Positions 14,995 through 29,160 of a stretch of 64,000 nucleotides of DNA are shown in pieces (positions within the stretch are counted from its first letter, which is position 1; each line of letters opens with the position of its first letter). The stretch is from Tubulanus polymorphus. Its lineage: Eukaryota > Animalia > Nemertea. Under the pieces are notes generated by a model that was given only the letters and a program-made list of their open reading frames with translations, had not been told where the DNA came from and did no database searches. Location of the stretch: assembly GCF_964204645.1 (NCBI RefSeq), contig NC_134029.1, positions 124,001-188,000 of the forward strand, read 5' to 3'. The translations under genes and the position numbers were made by a program.

Positions 14995-15502
14995 TCCCGA
15001 CCCGACCCTCCCGGACCCCTTCCCTCCCGCCCTCCCTCACCCCTTCCCTCCCGCCCTCCCTCACCCCTTCCCTCCCGCCCTCCCTCGCCCCTTCCCTCCC
15101 GCCCACCCTCGCCCCTTCCCTCCCGCCCTCCCTAGCCCCTTCCCTCCCGCCCTCCCTCGCCCCTTCCCTCCCGCCCTCCTTCGCCCCTTCCCTCCCGCCC
15201 ACCCTCACCCCTTCCCTCCCGCCCACCCTCACCCCTTCCCTCCCGCCCACCCTCACCCCTTCCCTCGCCCTTCCCTCCTGCCCCTCTCGCCCTTCCCTCC
15301 CATCCTCCCTTACCCCTTCCCTCCCTCAATGCCCTCCCACCTAGTCCTCCCTCAATGCCCTCCCACCTGGCCCACCCTCAATGCCCTCCCACCTAGCCCT
15401 CCCTCAATGCCCTCCCACCTAGCCCTCCCTCAATGCCCTCCCACCTAGTCCTCCCTAAATGCCCTCCCACCTAGCCCTCCCTCAATGCCCTCCCACCTAG
15501 CC
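14995..15502. repeat. C-rich 24-bp and 27-bp minisatellites
   Basis: ccccttccctcccgccctccctcg units, then ccctccctcaatgccctcccacctag units. Confidence 0.9.
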
Positions 15503-16368
15503 TTCAAAACGATTTGCCATTTTTCACAATCATATCAATTTCATACATCAATTGCATCATTGACGGGACTCACAGATACTTTTCTACAATTTTGTAGGCA
15601 TTCAAATGATTATATGTCTAGTGCGGTCTTGAAAATCACATGACTTGAATTTTAGATGATTTCTTTATCAATTTCATCGAATTCATTCAAATTATTCCTA
15701 TTATTTCTACTCCCTCTAATAAGTATTCACAATACATCTCAGTTTCACGACAAGTTGCAGCAGTCGTCTGTAAACAGATTTCATTTCATCAAATGATGCG
15801 AGTTTGAGTTGTAGAGGTTTCATCTACAAAACATCAAACCAAACCCGAGGAACTTAATTTAAAATGTTGTAAGGGAGGGGGAAAAATGTTGTAAGGGAGG
15901 GGGAGGTATACGGAGGGTTCACCCGAACCGAGGAAATAAGCCCGAACCAAACCTCCACTCACAAAATGTCGTGAGAAAGGCAAACACAAACCAAGGACAA
16001 GAATGATGGCTGAGATCAAAACAATTAATGCTATTTATGTTGCTTCACGAATTCAACGTTGTCACTCTTATTATGAAACCGTTGTGGACTAATGACAGTT
16101 AGATGAGATATTTCTACTCTCTACTAGAGGTTTTATATAAGCAAGTTGTTTAATGGAAACTTACTCATAAGATTTATTAATTATTGATTATGAACTGCTG
16201 ATGTTTACAAAATATATACGTCAAACGGATTATTAATAATCCATTTGATTGTAAATCTGATTGTCTTTTCAAGTTAACACTTGAACCCAGTGGAACAAAT
16301 CAAACTCCAGCCATTTTCCTTCGTTTGCCATTTTTCATTTTTACTCTTTTCTCTGATTTTTAGCACAT

Positions 16369-16560
16369 GAGTTGAGGTAGGAATAGACCGCTGCTCGCTC
16401 GCTAAGCGTGCAGGACACTAAACCTTCGAATTGCTCTCAGACCCCACTCTTTATATTTCATCTTTTTTTGAGTCGAGGTAGGAATAGACCCCTGCCCGCC
16501 CTCTAAGCGTGCAGGACACTAAACCTTCGAATTGCTCTCGGACCCCACTCTTTTTATCAG
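16369..16560. repeat. Direct duplication of about 95-100 bp
   Basis: gaggtaggaatagacc...taagcgtgcaggacactaaaccttcgaattgctctc...accccactc occurs twice. Confidence 0.85.
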
Positions 16561-16730
16561 CATTTCATGCTGTTTTATCTTGTTGTTAGAAGCTCACGCG
16601 TTCGCTTTATTTTTTTCTTTTCATATGGCTTTTCCTTATTTTGTCGTGTCACTAGAACTCTCATCAGTTCCGACTGGGATCAAGTTTAATCTTTTAGAGA
16701 CAAACAACAAAAGTTTGTGTTAGTCGCACT

Positions 16731-16762
<32 letters not shown>

Positions 16763-16903
16763 CAGCACCAGCAGCATCAGCACCAGCAGCAACACTGATA
16801 CAGATGAATCTTTCATTAACTACGTCATTAGTTCCACATAAATCATTTCATTCTCAAACACTGAGTCGTGAAGGCAACAGAAATAACTTGTACAACTTTT
16901 CAT

Positions 16904-17445
16904 TCATGGCCCTGTTTTGGTGCCCAAGGAGTCAAAGATTGGTCCATGGCCCTGTTTTGGTGACCAAAGAGTCAAAGATTGGTCCATGGCCCCGTTTTGG
17001 TGACCAAAGAGTCAAAGTTTGGTCCATGGCCCTGATTTGGTGACCAAAGAGTCAAAGATTGGTCCAAGGCCCTGTTTTGGTGACCAAAGAGTCAAAGTTT
17101 GGTCCATGGCCCTGTTTTGGTGACCAAAGAGTCAAAGATTGGTCCATGGCCCCGTTTTGGTGACCAAAGAGTCAAAGTTTGGTCCATGGCCCTGATTTGG
17201 TGACCAAAGAGTCAAAGTTTGGTCCATGGCCCCGTTTTGGTGACCAAAGAGTCAAAGATTGGTCCAAGGCCCTGTTTTGGTGACCAAAGAGTCAAAGTTT
17301 GGTCCATGGCCCTGTTTTGGTGACCAAAGAGTCAAAGATTGTTCCATGGCCCTGTTTTGGTGACCAAAGAGTCGAAGATTGGTCCATGGGCCTGGTTTGG
17401 TGACCGAAGAGTTAAAGTTTGATCTATGGTTCTGATTTGGTGACC
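16904..17445. repeat. 40-bp minisatellite (catggccctgttttggtgaccaaagagtcaaagattggtc), about 13 copies
   Basis: Directly visible. Confidence 0.95.
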
Positions 17446-19015
17446 ACGCGGGGTAAATATAGCCCACGGCTTTGGTTTGATAACATGAGAATAAATTTGG
17501 CTCATGGCCTTCATTAAAGGTTAAGTCAGTTTTATGGCCCTGGTTTGATAAACTAAGTGTAGTTCAGTAACTGTATATAAAGGTTGCACTAGAGATGAAT
17601 TTTCATACGTGGAGCAGTTTATAATATGAGAAAACATGAGAAATTGAGAGTTGCATATTTTGAGTAGGAGAATCATCACTCATCACTAAGTTAAGACTTA
17701 CATACACACTGAATGTGATAATTCACTAATTTGAGTCTACTGTCAAATAATACATTGATCGAAGTCTAAAAACAATTATAAACTGACAAATTGATCGAGC
17801 ACTGATAGAATCTTAAATAACAGCGGAGGATGAAATGACTTTCATAAACTAATATGATCGTGAAAAATGGCAAAATACACTAGATATCCCCTATAATTTG
17901 TAAAGTTTATTCTCAGAAAATATGTCCCAACTTTTTGAAAAGGAGATAACTAATTATTAAGGATATCTATGAATAGTGATATACTGTGCCATGAAGGCAA
18001 ATGAAGAAGTGTGTCAATAAAAGTGATTACAAAACCTATCACTTATTCTAATGAGTTCTATACTCTTCTTCCAAAAATGAAGAGTAGGTCTCTGTCTAAG
18101 AATCTGCAGAAAAAAGAGGAAGCAGCGATGAATGTGAACTGCATCTCGACTCTCGTCAACAATTTTCTAAGTCGTCCTATACAGTTCTCAGTATTTACAG
18201 CCGATTTTAAAATAGCACAGAAGAAAATACATCTTTCAGCTGGAAATGTATCAGTAAACCGCCAGATATCAACAGTAATTATTACGTATGATTGTTGTTT
18301 CATTGAATTATTAATGAAACCGTTTTTTGATCGGAGCCAAGGAGCAGTTTGTGATCATTCAAAAAATATCTCTCATTCCTGACAACATTAAATAATGGCC
18401 CTAAAAATTGAAACGTCCCAATTCAGAAATCTGGGGGCAATTATCTCATAACGATTGAGAGAAGTGACGGTGAAATAACGTGCGCACTCACCGGGGATCA
18501 AACCCGGGTCTCATAGAAATAACAACTAGTAAAATAGAACGAGTCCAATTGGCCGATGGTTATACAGCTTACTGTAACATGACATGTTGCGGCCACATGA
18601 CGTGTTTCATAATGATTAATCCTTTCTTAGAATAATAAAAAGATGGGACACATTTTCTGAAATATCCTGAACTTCAAGACTAAAACAAGCTACGACCAAA
18701 CCTGTACCTAAACCCTAAAGCCCCACCCTATATCCCTCCCTCCAAAGTCCTACCACCACCCCTATATCCCTCCCACCCTCCCTCACCCCATCCCTCCCGC
18801 CCTCCCATACTCCTTCCCTCCCACCCTCCCTCACCCCTTCCCTCCCACCCGCCCGGACCCCATCCCTCCCGCCCTCCCTCGTCCCATCGCTCCCACCCTC
18901 CCTCATCCCATCCCTCCCACCCTCCCTCACCCCATCCCTCCCTCTACCCCTTCCCTCCCACCCTCCCTCTACCCCTTCCCTCCCCCCAACCATACCCACC
19001 CTCCCCGAACCCCAC

Positions 19016-19213
19016 GGTTAGATGAGTTGAAATGTTCTGATGTTTTAGTTAGACGGATGAGAATCTAATGAAGATGAAAGAACATTAAATCACTGTTCAA
19101 TCACAGGATGAAGTAATGCAGTGATCTGTACTCTGTATCTGTACACAATGTTACATGTATCTGTAACTGTACAATCAGTATGAAATAAGTACAGCAGTTT
19201 AATCTACAGAAAT
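19016..19213. repeat. Right arm of the inverted repeat (partner 14797-14994)
   Basis: See left arm. Confidence 0.9.
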
Positions 19214-21628
19214 TCTAACTCTTAAGATACACATGATCTGATTGTCACGAAGGAACATGATTGATAACAGTTGTATTATTGACATCAGGAACCAGTTTCA
19301 TATTGATTAGAAATAACATTTGAGTTGATCACAATTTAGAAAACCTGTAAACCCGCTTACAGAAATAACAATTCCAACCATGAACTGATTATAGCCAAAT
19401 ATTCACCAAAAGAAATTTGAAATGCAACAGGTTTCTGAGATTTCATTTCAAAACATGGTTTATAACAAACAATATAAAATTGGTCCCTTAAAATTAATTC
19501 AACACCCGATAAATAAAGAAGATTAATGTAACTTATCTTGAATTTCCACATAGGCTATAGTGATTCCTGATGTCATGCTGAATCCAAGAGTGATTCCCGA
19601 TGTTCTGTGCTAAATCAAAAAAAGTCTGGTAGTAAAACACTTCCTTGTTGTCCTGTGCTGAATCCAAGAATGATTCCCGATGTCCGGCGCGAAACCAAAA
19701 AAGTCTGATTGTGAAACACTGATTCCTTGATATCCTGTGCAGAATCTAAGAGTGATTCCTTGTTTTCCTGTGCTGAATCAAAATTCCCATTGAACATGTT
19801 GAAGTGATACCTATAATAGACAAATCTAAGATTGTTTTCTTTCCTTAGAAATAACTGCAGATATATCAAATTCAAAATTCAAACTTACAAATTAAATTGT
19901 TCGCTCCAATCTGCAGTTGGATTTACGGGGTTTTTCTATCCACAGTTTAGGTTTTGTATCTAGAGTTCAACATGAAATATAAACAAGAAAGTAATGAAGA
20001 AATGAACAGTTTAAATATCAGTGGTGTTGGAAGTGCAGCGACTGCAGCAGTGAAAGCCACGGCAATAATTTACTGAATGACGTTTTTTTTTCTTTGAATA
20101 TCACATTTTGGAAGAAATTAAGTAAATTCGCCGCGGCAATATTTAGAACCTGTCAAAAATTGCATTTGGCCGCAGCAATCAAAAATTGCTTCTAACGCGC
20201 GTGAATATTATCTGTTACTGAAACCGATGAAGATCATCATCGATATCATGGATGAACGGAGGCCTGTAGAGGCCTATTGCCATTGGTGTCCGTCCGGCAG
20301 GTTTGTTTGGTGAGGCGACTGATGAAATAAACTTACACTGTTCGATGTAATCAGTCGATGGAATCATTTTAGAACAAATTCCCATCACAAAACAGCGAGG
20401 TGAAGCCCATCGTGGTCTAGATATATCAGGATGGAATGACGTCGATATGCTCGACTGAGCGCCACCATGTGCACCGCCGTTTGTAGGATGTGACTCTGAA
20501 ATAATATGATTTTCCACAATATCTGAGATGGAATATTTTTCGCCATTTAAACCAATGTTACAAACACTTACCAAATATTGAAATACTGATTTCAGGGGTC
20601 GGGAAGGAGGGTGGCAATGTTTGTATTAGGTGAGGTTTTTGCTTAATTTCGTGTTATGGTAAAGCACGCCATTTTGATATTGCGTCATAGTGTACCTCAG
20701 ATTGGGATTCCCGCCGCTAGACTGGTCACCGTCACCTGCATTCGCAGTTTGGAACCGGCAACCAGTCTATTACAGGTCTCGGCTTCTTTTCGATTAGATT
20801 GGGTTTCTATATTCTACACAATATTTATTCTAATGAAAACCACGCTCTTTACCAATCTAATCATTCGTTTCGAGGTTCCTGAATTTTCAAAGGCCCGTGG
20901 ATTACTACTTTAGTTCACAGAAATTCCGCTATCGTAATTCATAGGGGCAGCACTGAACGGTTGTAATCTGATGCAGTCTTGCCATTTTACTGTGGCATGT
21001 GAGGAATACAGATCTTTTCTTAAGTCAAATTTCATTCATCACTCAACGCTAGTTTGTTTGAAATTAATAACTGTACCAACTTTAGAGCTTTATAAAAGGA
21101 AAGTCTGCTTTTGAAATATATATTTGAGCCATTATTAATAGAACTATTTGGTTTCAGCGAATGTATTAACACGCGGTAAAGCGGCATAGTTATATGCCAC
21201 AGGAAGAATTCAACGCAAATTAAACTATATTCTCCAAGATTGTCAGACCATGTTCTACTAACCCAGTAGTTTTTACTTTCCTCGGATCTCAATAGTTTCA
21301 ATAAGTTTTATTCATATCCCACCCTCCCTGTTCCTCTCTCCTGCTGGCCTCTAACCATCAGTCCCTGTTGCTCTCCACCCCGGGCCCTGTTCCTCTCTCC
21401 TGCTGGCCTCTAACCATCAGTCCCTGTTGCTCTCCACCCCGGGCCCTGTTCCTCTCTCCTGCTGGCCTCTAACCATCAGTCCCGCAACAATTCACAAACT
21501 GAACGCACAATTCACATCAGTTCACATGATTTTATTTGATTGACAGCACAATTATATATTTTTTTCTTCATTGTATAAATAAAAACATCCTTGACAAATA
21601 AATATAATTAACTATGAGAGGAAGAGTT

Positions 21629-23225
<1,597 letters not shown>

Positions 23226-24460
23226 TTTTAACACTTTACACGGTGGATCTATCAATCAGCAGACATGGCATGACGGAGTGTAGGGTCGCTAAACGGCACG
23301 GATCGGAAACCTGTGATGTGATATCACCGGGGCCGTATAAAACAAAAACTGTGCTAACCGTACAGAGGAACGACGATGGAATTCTTGCGTCAAGACTTTT
23401 ATAAAACTGCCCTTATTTCTGGCCTACAATAAACAATGATGAGACCAGGGAGACCCACCTCCCTGATCAGACACACTTCTAACCTGAATCAGTCACTACA
23501 ACGTCGATTCAAGCGAGGGTCGAATTAATTCTAGGAAAAAGATCGTTAAATCATTCTTCACCTAGGAATCGCACGGTGAATGTCCAGGATTCCAATCCCC
23601 AACGCGGTGATGAGTTAACTTATGAAAAGTTAGAAGTATAAAATCTAATTTAATCAACGTTTGCTGGAATTGCAGGCAATCGAAAATAATAACTGAGGTG
23701 ATTGATTCAGTGTTTTTGGTCCAGCACTCGGGATGTCCCGTGATAAAACCGACTCCCCAGACAATGAGTGGGCTTATAGCTGAAAACAAACTTGATGATG
23801 CAACCAACACAAACTATTATAATATTGTGTAGTTTACTGATGACTTATAAGTTAGATCCAAAAAAGTAAAACGAAATGGAAAAGACTTTATTGCTTGTTT
23901 GTTTGAAGAACGAATTACATCAACCGCACTATATTCGCAGTCCTCTTCAACAACCTGGGTGTTGTTTGGTTGTATCAAATTTCACTAAAATTCTACTGCA
24001 GATGTTCATGCTGAAATATTCACGAATTTTTCGTCCTCGCAAAAGATGTAAAAATTGACCACTTCGCACATGTATCAAACTTGGTTATTTTACTAAATTT
24101 CTACAGCGGATTTTCATACAGAAATATTTATATATCAAATAAGCATTCATTTACAGGGGCCCGCTATATAAGGGGACATGGTCTTCCTTCACATTAAGGT
24201 ACCGGTGCCTTTTCTTCAAGACAGGTATAAACCTACAAATCTACTGATCCTCTGGAAATTGTAATCGTTATGACCTTGAGTCTCAGTAGAGCGGACCGAG
24301 AGGGCCGGAACGTGCAGCTAGCCCAGGTCCGGTCACTCTAAATATCATCATAGTTTCATGTAACTTGGCAACAGTTGCATAAAAATGGCGTCCACTTGGA
24401 TAGCGATGTAAATATTGTCAGCTCACTTCATATTCAATCTGAATCTAATCAATTCAAGAG

Positions 24461-24511
24461 ATGGGAAACAAAGTGACGAAATTCTTTGGCAAATTGTCTT
24501 GTTGTAAAAAG
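24461..24511 (+). CDS. Alternative (duplicated) first coding exon of the VTD-like protease: MGNKVTKFFGKLSCCKK
   Basis: Identical to 25456-25506 and ends in the same phase-0 donor AAG|GTAAGA. The 24358-24517 segment duplicates 25360-25512. Confidence 0.7.
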
Positions 24512-25455
24512 GTAAGAATTCGGGTGGTTTTGGATGTTAGACAGAAAAAAAGCCCGAGAGCCAAGAATAAGATCCCCGACCCGCACGCGATCAGCCGTTT
24601 CTTCTCACGACTCAAGACACTTCAACCTGGCAAACTGGCATCCCACACCGGATCAACCATCATGATCTGATCAAGGCTATGTGTGACCATCGTGTGCGGT
24701 GAAAGTGAGGATCTGGCCAGAGTTTTATGGTCTGTGGCTCCAGCGCCAGGGCAGAGCCCATGATCCGTCAGCTGTACTCATGATGGATAACATCGCGCAA
24801 CACGTGCCTCAGTCGAACAGTTGCGACACTCTTCTCTCTCAAAACCCATGGACTTCATTTTTATCACTAAAATACATCGTGCATGTGTAACTTAAAAGAT
24901 AAAAGCCCGGGTGAAGTTAGATTTGAATTTGCAGTAGAATTGGAGTTCAAGAAAAATAGATGATAAAAACTTTTACCAATACGATCGACAAGTTAGAAAA
25001 TCAATTCTTAATATACATTCATAGAACTGGCTCTGTGGTGTCGTGTTAATAATAGAGGACAGCAGGGCGCTGTTTACTTCATACAATAATGACTTCTCTC
25101 TTCTCCCCGAGAAAGATTGGCGCACCGTCCCGGTCCTAGGTAGGTATAGGCTCTGGGCTGGTGAAAGAGAGAGAGAGAAATGTCGCATGGTTCAGGATTT
25201 TATCGCAACGGAGAACTTTTTATATGTAGTCTCTCATCTCAAGGGGTTTTGGTGCGATCTTTGGCAGAGCTGACCATTTAAAGGAGACGGGGAGAGTCGC
25301 TTGGGGAGTGTGGGGCCCGGTCGTATCTAACGACCGTATCTAAGGTTGTGACATCATAGATGTAACTTGGCAACAGTTGCATAAAAATGGCGTCCATTTG
25401 GATAGCGATGTAAATACTGCCAGCTCACTCAATCTGAATCTAATCAATTCAAGAG

Positions 25456-27961
25456 ATGGGAAACAAAGTGACGAAATTCTTTGGCAAATTGTCTTGTTGT
25501 AAAAAGGTAAGAGTTTGAATGCGCAGCAGCAGCAGCAGCAGCAGGAGCAGCTATAATAGTCGTCTTGAGCAAGACTCATCCCTTAGCTTTAATTAACATC
25601 ACACTGTATCCTGACTTGTGGGGGGTGTGGGGGAAGGCTCTTTATATGGCTTTCCCTCTGGCATGACGGTTACCTCAAGGCAAGGATCCATCAAATAAAA
25701 CTTTCAGATGAAGACAGCTTTTTTATTTATGATGAACATAGATTTTCTTCAAAACTTTATTTTGCAATTAAAAATATAATCTATCATATACATTGACCTA
25801 AATATACAAAATACTGATTTATAATCAAATCAATTTGGAAATGAATTAAAATAATTTCGTGACTTTTTAAGTAATTCCTCCAATGTTTAAACTGATACCA
25901 CTCTTATTAAATAGAAATCCTCTAGCCTACTAGTAGCGTATATACGGTTCAGTGGTTCTCATTTTCTTTTTGTAGTTCAGTCACCTCAAACACACATTAA
26001 TTAATTGTTCAATTAATTCTTTCGTCAATTAAACAGTCACAGAGACAATAAGTAGGCCTATAGGTAGGAGTCGAGGGAAGGGGTTTAGAGGGGTTGATAG
26101 GGTACTGAAACTAGATTCATCATCAGATTAAAACCAGGGCCCAATAACACATCATCACTTCAGTACATTCATTCTAAGGCTAACTTGTCCTAGACCTAAC
26201 ATTGTCTAAATCATGACTGTCCAAACCGGCCAAGGGAATATTCATCAATCAAGGGAATATTCATCAATTCCTTTAAAACTTTTAGCAATATATTCTTAAA
26301 TATTATACATGTAATTCTGTATTTATATTCAATCAATCTAAAATATCATTCCTTTAATTATCTTATTCTATTTTTTTATTGAAGCCTCGAAAGAATAAAC
26401 ACGACGAGGAAGTCATAAAGAAATTAGCGGCAGAGAGAAAAACTTCGAGAAAGAGTTCCTCTTCGTTAACCGATGAGTTCTGTACTCCTCCTACGCAATC
26501 CTCATCACACGCTACCCTCACTTCCGTTACTCAGTTACCCGGCAACACCGGCAACAATAATACAGGGTTACCGGGGTTACTAACAGTAGACAGTATCGAA
26601 GCGATGAAAGAATCGAGTGATAATACTCTAACATCGATCTCATCAATCCGTACCGAGGACGGCATTCCGTTACCATCGGTTACAGATATCACAGCTGTCG
26701 CTATAGATACCAACAACAATGATATCGTGATCGAAGAGGATATAAGAAAGTTCTCGCCGTCATCGTCATTTTCCTCTTCATCGATACTGCTTCGATCAGA
26801 CGTCATTCAAACATTCATCGCTCCTCATTCTCCTCATCATTTACAACTCGATTTATCATCTTCATCTTTATCTAACGAGCAGCGGATAGAGCAGCGGGTA
26901 GAGCAGCAGGTAGAGCTGATCGAGTTTACTAATCGATCGCACGGTATTCTCAGGGTTGTACAAGCTCATTATCATCAGGTCAGTTTAACTAACAATCAGT
27001 AAACTATGTATTACTAATATTAACCATTGAATCATCACCAGTGATCACTTAAACACTAATTTATGTAATGACACATCCCTGCAGCAGCTGCTGTTACTCA
27101 ACAATTCGATTATAAATTAAACTGGTTGATAGTGACAATTGAAACTGTTTTGTCACTAGGCTAACTTACCACCAGTTACCGGTTAAACTGAAACTAACTA
27201 CAGTCCCTGATTCTCAAGTGGCGCCAACACTTAGCGCCATAGTATAAATACTTTCTAATTCTCGTTTAAAATGATGAATATTTAATGATAAAGTGATGTA
27301 TTTACAGATGACCATTGAGTCGGGTCCGGTATCGGGAACACAGTGTACATCGATGGCTGTAACAGCTATCTATGCTGCGTATTACGGTAACCCGTTACTG
27401 ATGAACAGCAATCGTCTCGATGATATCCTTAAAGTAGGGAATGCCATTCACGTGTCGGCCGTTAAACATCTACTTCACGTTAACCAGTGCCGCAGTTTAT
27501 TCATTCATCCGTCCGAATACAGACCGGATATTCTCACGGACTCCGGCATGGATCGGTTAACAATAATCGCCGGACCGAGTATCAGCGGGAATCTGAACGA
27601 CGTCGAGATAGACGAGGAAGTATCGGAATTCGCTCTGCCGATACGCGAGGCAATCCTCCGCACGACCGCTCTACCCTACACCGGCGCCATCTTAACTATC
27701 AACTCGGAATCATTCGCAGTTATACCGTCACGTGGTCGCCGTGGTAACAGCGACGAGGAGAATGACGATACGATATTTGTATTCGACAGTCATTCACGAG
27801 ACCCGGACGGACGATCCGACCCAGAAGGCGCCGCTGGGTTATACCAGTATAAGAACGTTGATTGTCTGGTAGAATTCCTGCGAGACGTTCGGAAGAGAGA
27901 TGACGCAGACGGTGCATTGTTTGAAATGACTGGGATTCAGTTTGAAGAGCCACCTGATTGA
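25456..27961 (+). CDS. Viral-tegument-like deubiquitinase (VTD / herpes tegument peptidase C76-like) cysteine protease, about 432 aa; exons 25456-25506, 26385-26978, 27308-27961
   Basis: Two phase-0 GT-AG introns join the three exons in frame. Motifs: VVQAHYHQ...GTQCTSMA (Cys codon 27344), LDDILKVGNAIH, GAILTI..SFAV, IFVFDSHSRDPDG (Asp 27785, His 27791), FEMTGI. This follows the family pattern gsfhQ..G.QC..LD.IL..G..FDSHSR. Confidence 0.8.
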
Positions 27962-27973
27962 AGGTAAAACATG

Positions 27974-28195
27974 GTCAGATCCAGTCCAGTCAGACCTAGT
28001 CTAGTCAGACCCAGTCCGGTCAGACCCAGTCCGGTCAGACCTAGTCCAGTCAGACCTAGTCCAGTCAGACCCAGTCTAGTCAGACCTAGTCCGGTCAGAC
28101 CTAGTCTAGTCAGACCTAGTCTAGTCAGATCCAGTCCGGTCAGACCCAGTCCAGTCAGACCCAGTCCAGTCAGACCCAGTCCGGTCAGATCCAGT
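27974..28195. repeat. 15-bp minisatellite (gtcagacccagtccg), about 15 copies
   Basis: Directly visible; lies just after a donor at about 27964. Confidence 0.95.
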
Positions 28196-28287
28196 GTGTG
28201 CTGACACATTGACTACACTTATCTATAGCGTTTACATTAATACATCTTTTGTATATTTTAGCGATCAAAGGATTGTCGGAGGAGAAA

Positions 28288-29160
28288 GGAGTAGAGGTGG
28301 CGGAGTGGAAGGTGGAGTAGAGGTGGCGGAGTGGAAGGTGGAGGTGGAGTAGAGGTGGCGGAGTGGAAGGTGGAGCAGAGGTTGAGGCGTGGAAGGTGGA
28401 GTAGAGGTGGCGGAGTGGAAGGTGGAGGTGGAGTAGAGGTGGAGATGTGGAGGTGGAGTAGAGGTGGCGGAGTGGAAGGTGGAGTAGAGGTGGCGGAGTG
28501 GAAGGTGGAGGTGGAGTAGAGGTGGAGATGTGGAGGTGGAGTAGAGGTGGCGGAGTGGAAGGTGGAGTAGAGGTGGCGGAGTGGAAGGTGGAGGTGGAGT
28601 AGAGGTGGAGATGTGGAGGTGGAGTAGAGGTGGCGGAGTGGAAGGTGGAGTAGAGGTGGCGGAGTGGAAGGTGGAGGTGGAGTAGAGGTGGAGATGTGGA
28701 GGTGGAGTAGAGGTGGCGGAGTGGAAGGTGGAGTAGAGGTGGCGGAGTGGAAGGTGGAGCAGAGGTTGAGGCATGGAAGGTGGAGGATGAGTAGAGGTGG
28801 AGTAGAGGTGGCGGAGTGGAAGGTGGAGCAGAGGTTGAGGCATGGAAGGTGGAGGATGAGTAGAGGTGGAGTAGAGGTGGCGGAGTGGAAGGTGGAGCAG
28901 AGGTTGAGGCATGGAAGGTGGAGGATGAGTAGAGGTGGAGTAGAGGTGGCGGAGTGGAACGTGGAGGTGGAGTAGAGGTGGAGATGTGGAGGTGGAGTAG
29001 AGGTGGCGGAGTGGAAGGTAGAGCAGAGGTTGAGGCGTGGAAGGTGGAGGATGAGTAGAGGTGGAGTAGAGGTGGAGATGTGGAGGTGGAGTAGAGGTGG
29101 CGGAGTGGAAGGTAGAGCAGAGGTGGCGGAGTGGAAGGTGGAGGATGAGTAGAGGATGAG
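28288..29160. repeat. G/A-rich compound minisatellite (ggagtagaggtggcggagtggaaggt)
   Basis: Directly visible. Confidence 0.95.

Larger units (their letters stand above)
11100..20680 (-). ncRNA. Putative multi-exon long non-coding RNA or decayed gene
   Basis: Chain of canonical AG...GT(A/G)AG-bounded segments on the minus strand: about 19887-19958, 15572-15767, 14660-14708, 14223-14583, 14119-14153, 13959-14036, 13764-13878, 13395-13497, 13212-13308, 13030-13126, and a last acceptor at about 12422. No frame stays open across them. Outer limits are inferred. Confidence 0.5.

Noticed and set aside
18011-18382. Overlapping ORFs that might be a transposase remnant between the inverted repeats
   Set aside because: No convincing DDE or other family motif could be recognised.
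18482-18512. tRNA-like T-arm on the minus strand
   Set aside because: Only a B-box fragment; no acceptor, D or anticodon arms. At most a SINE relic.
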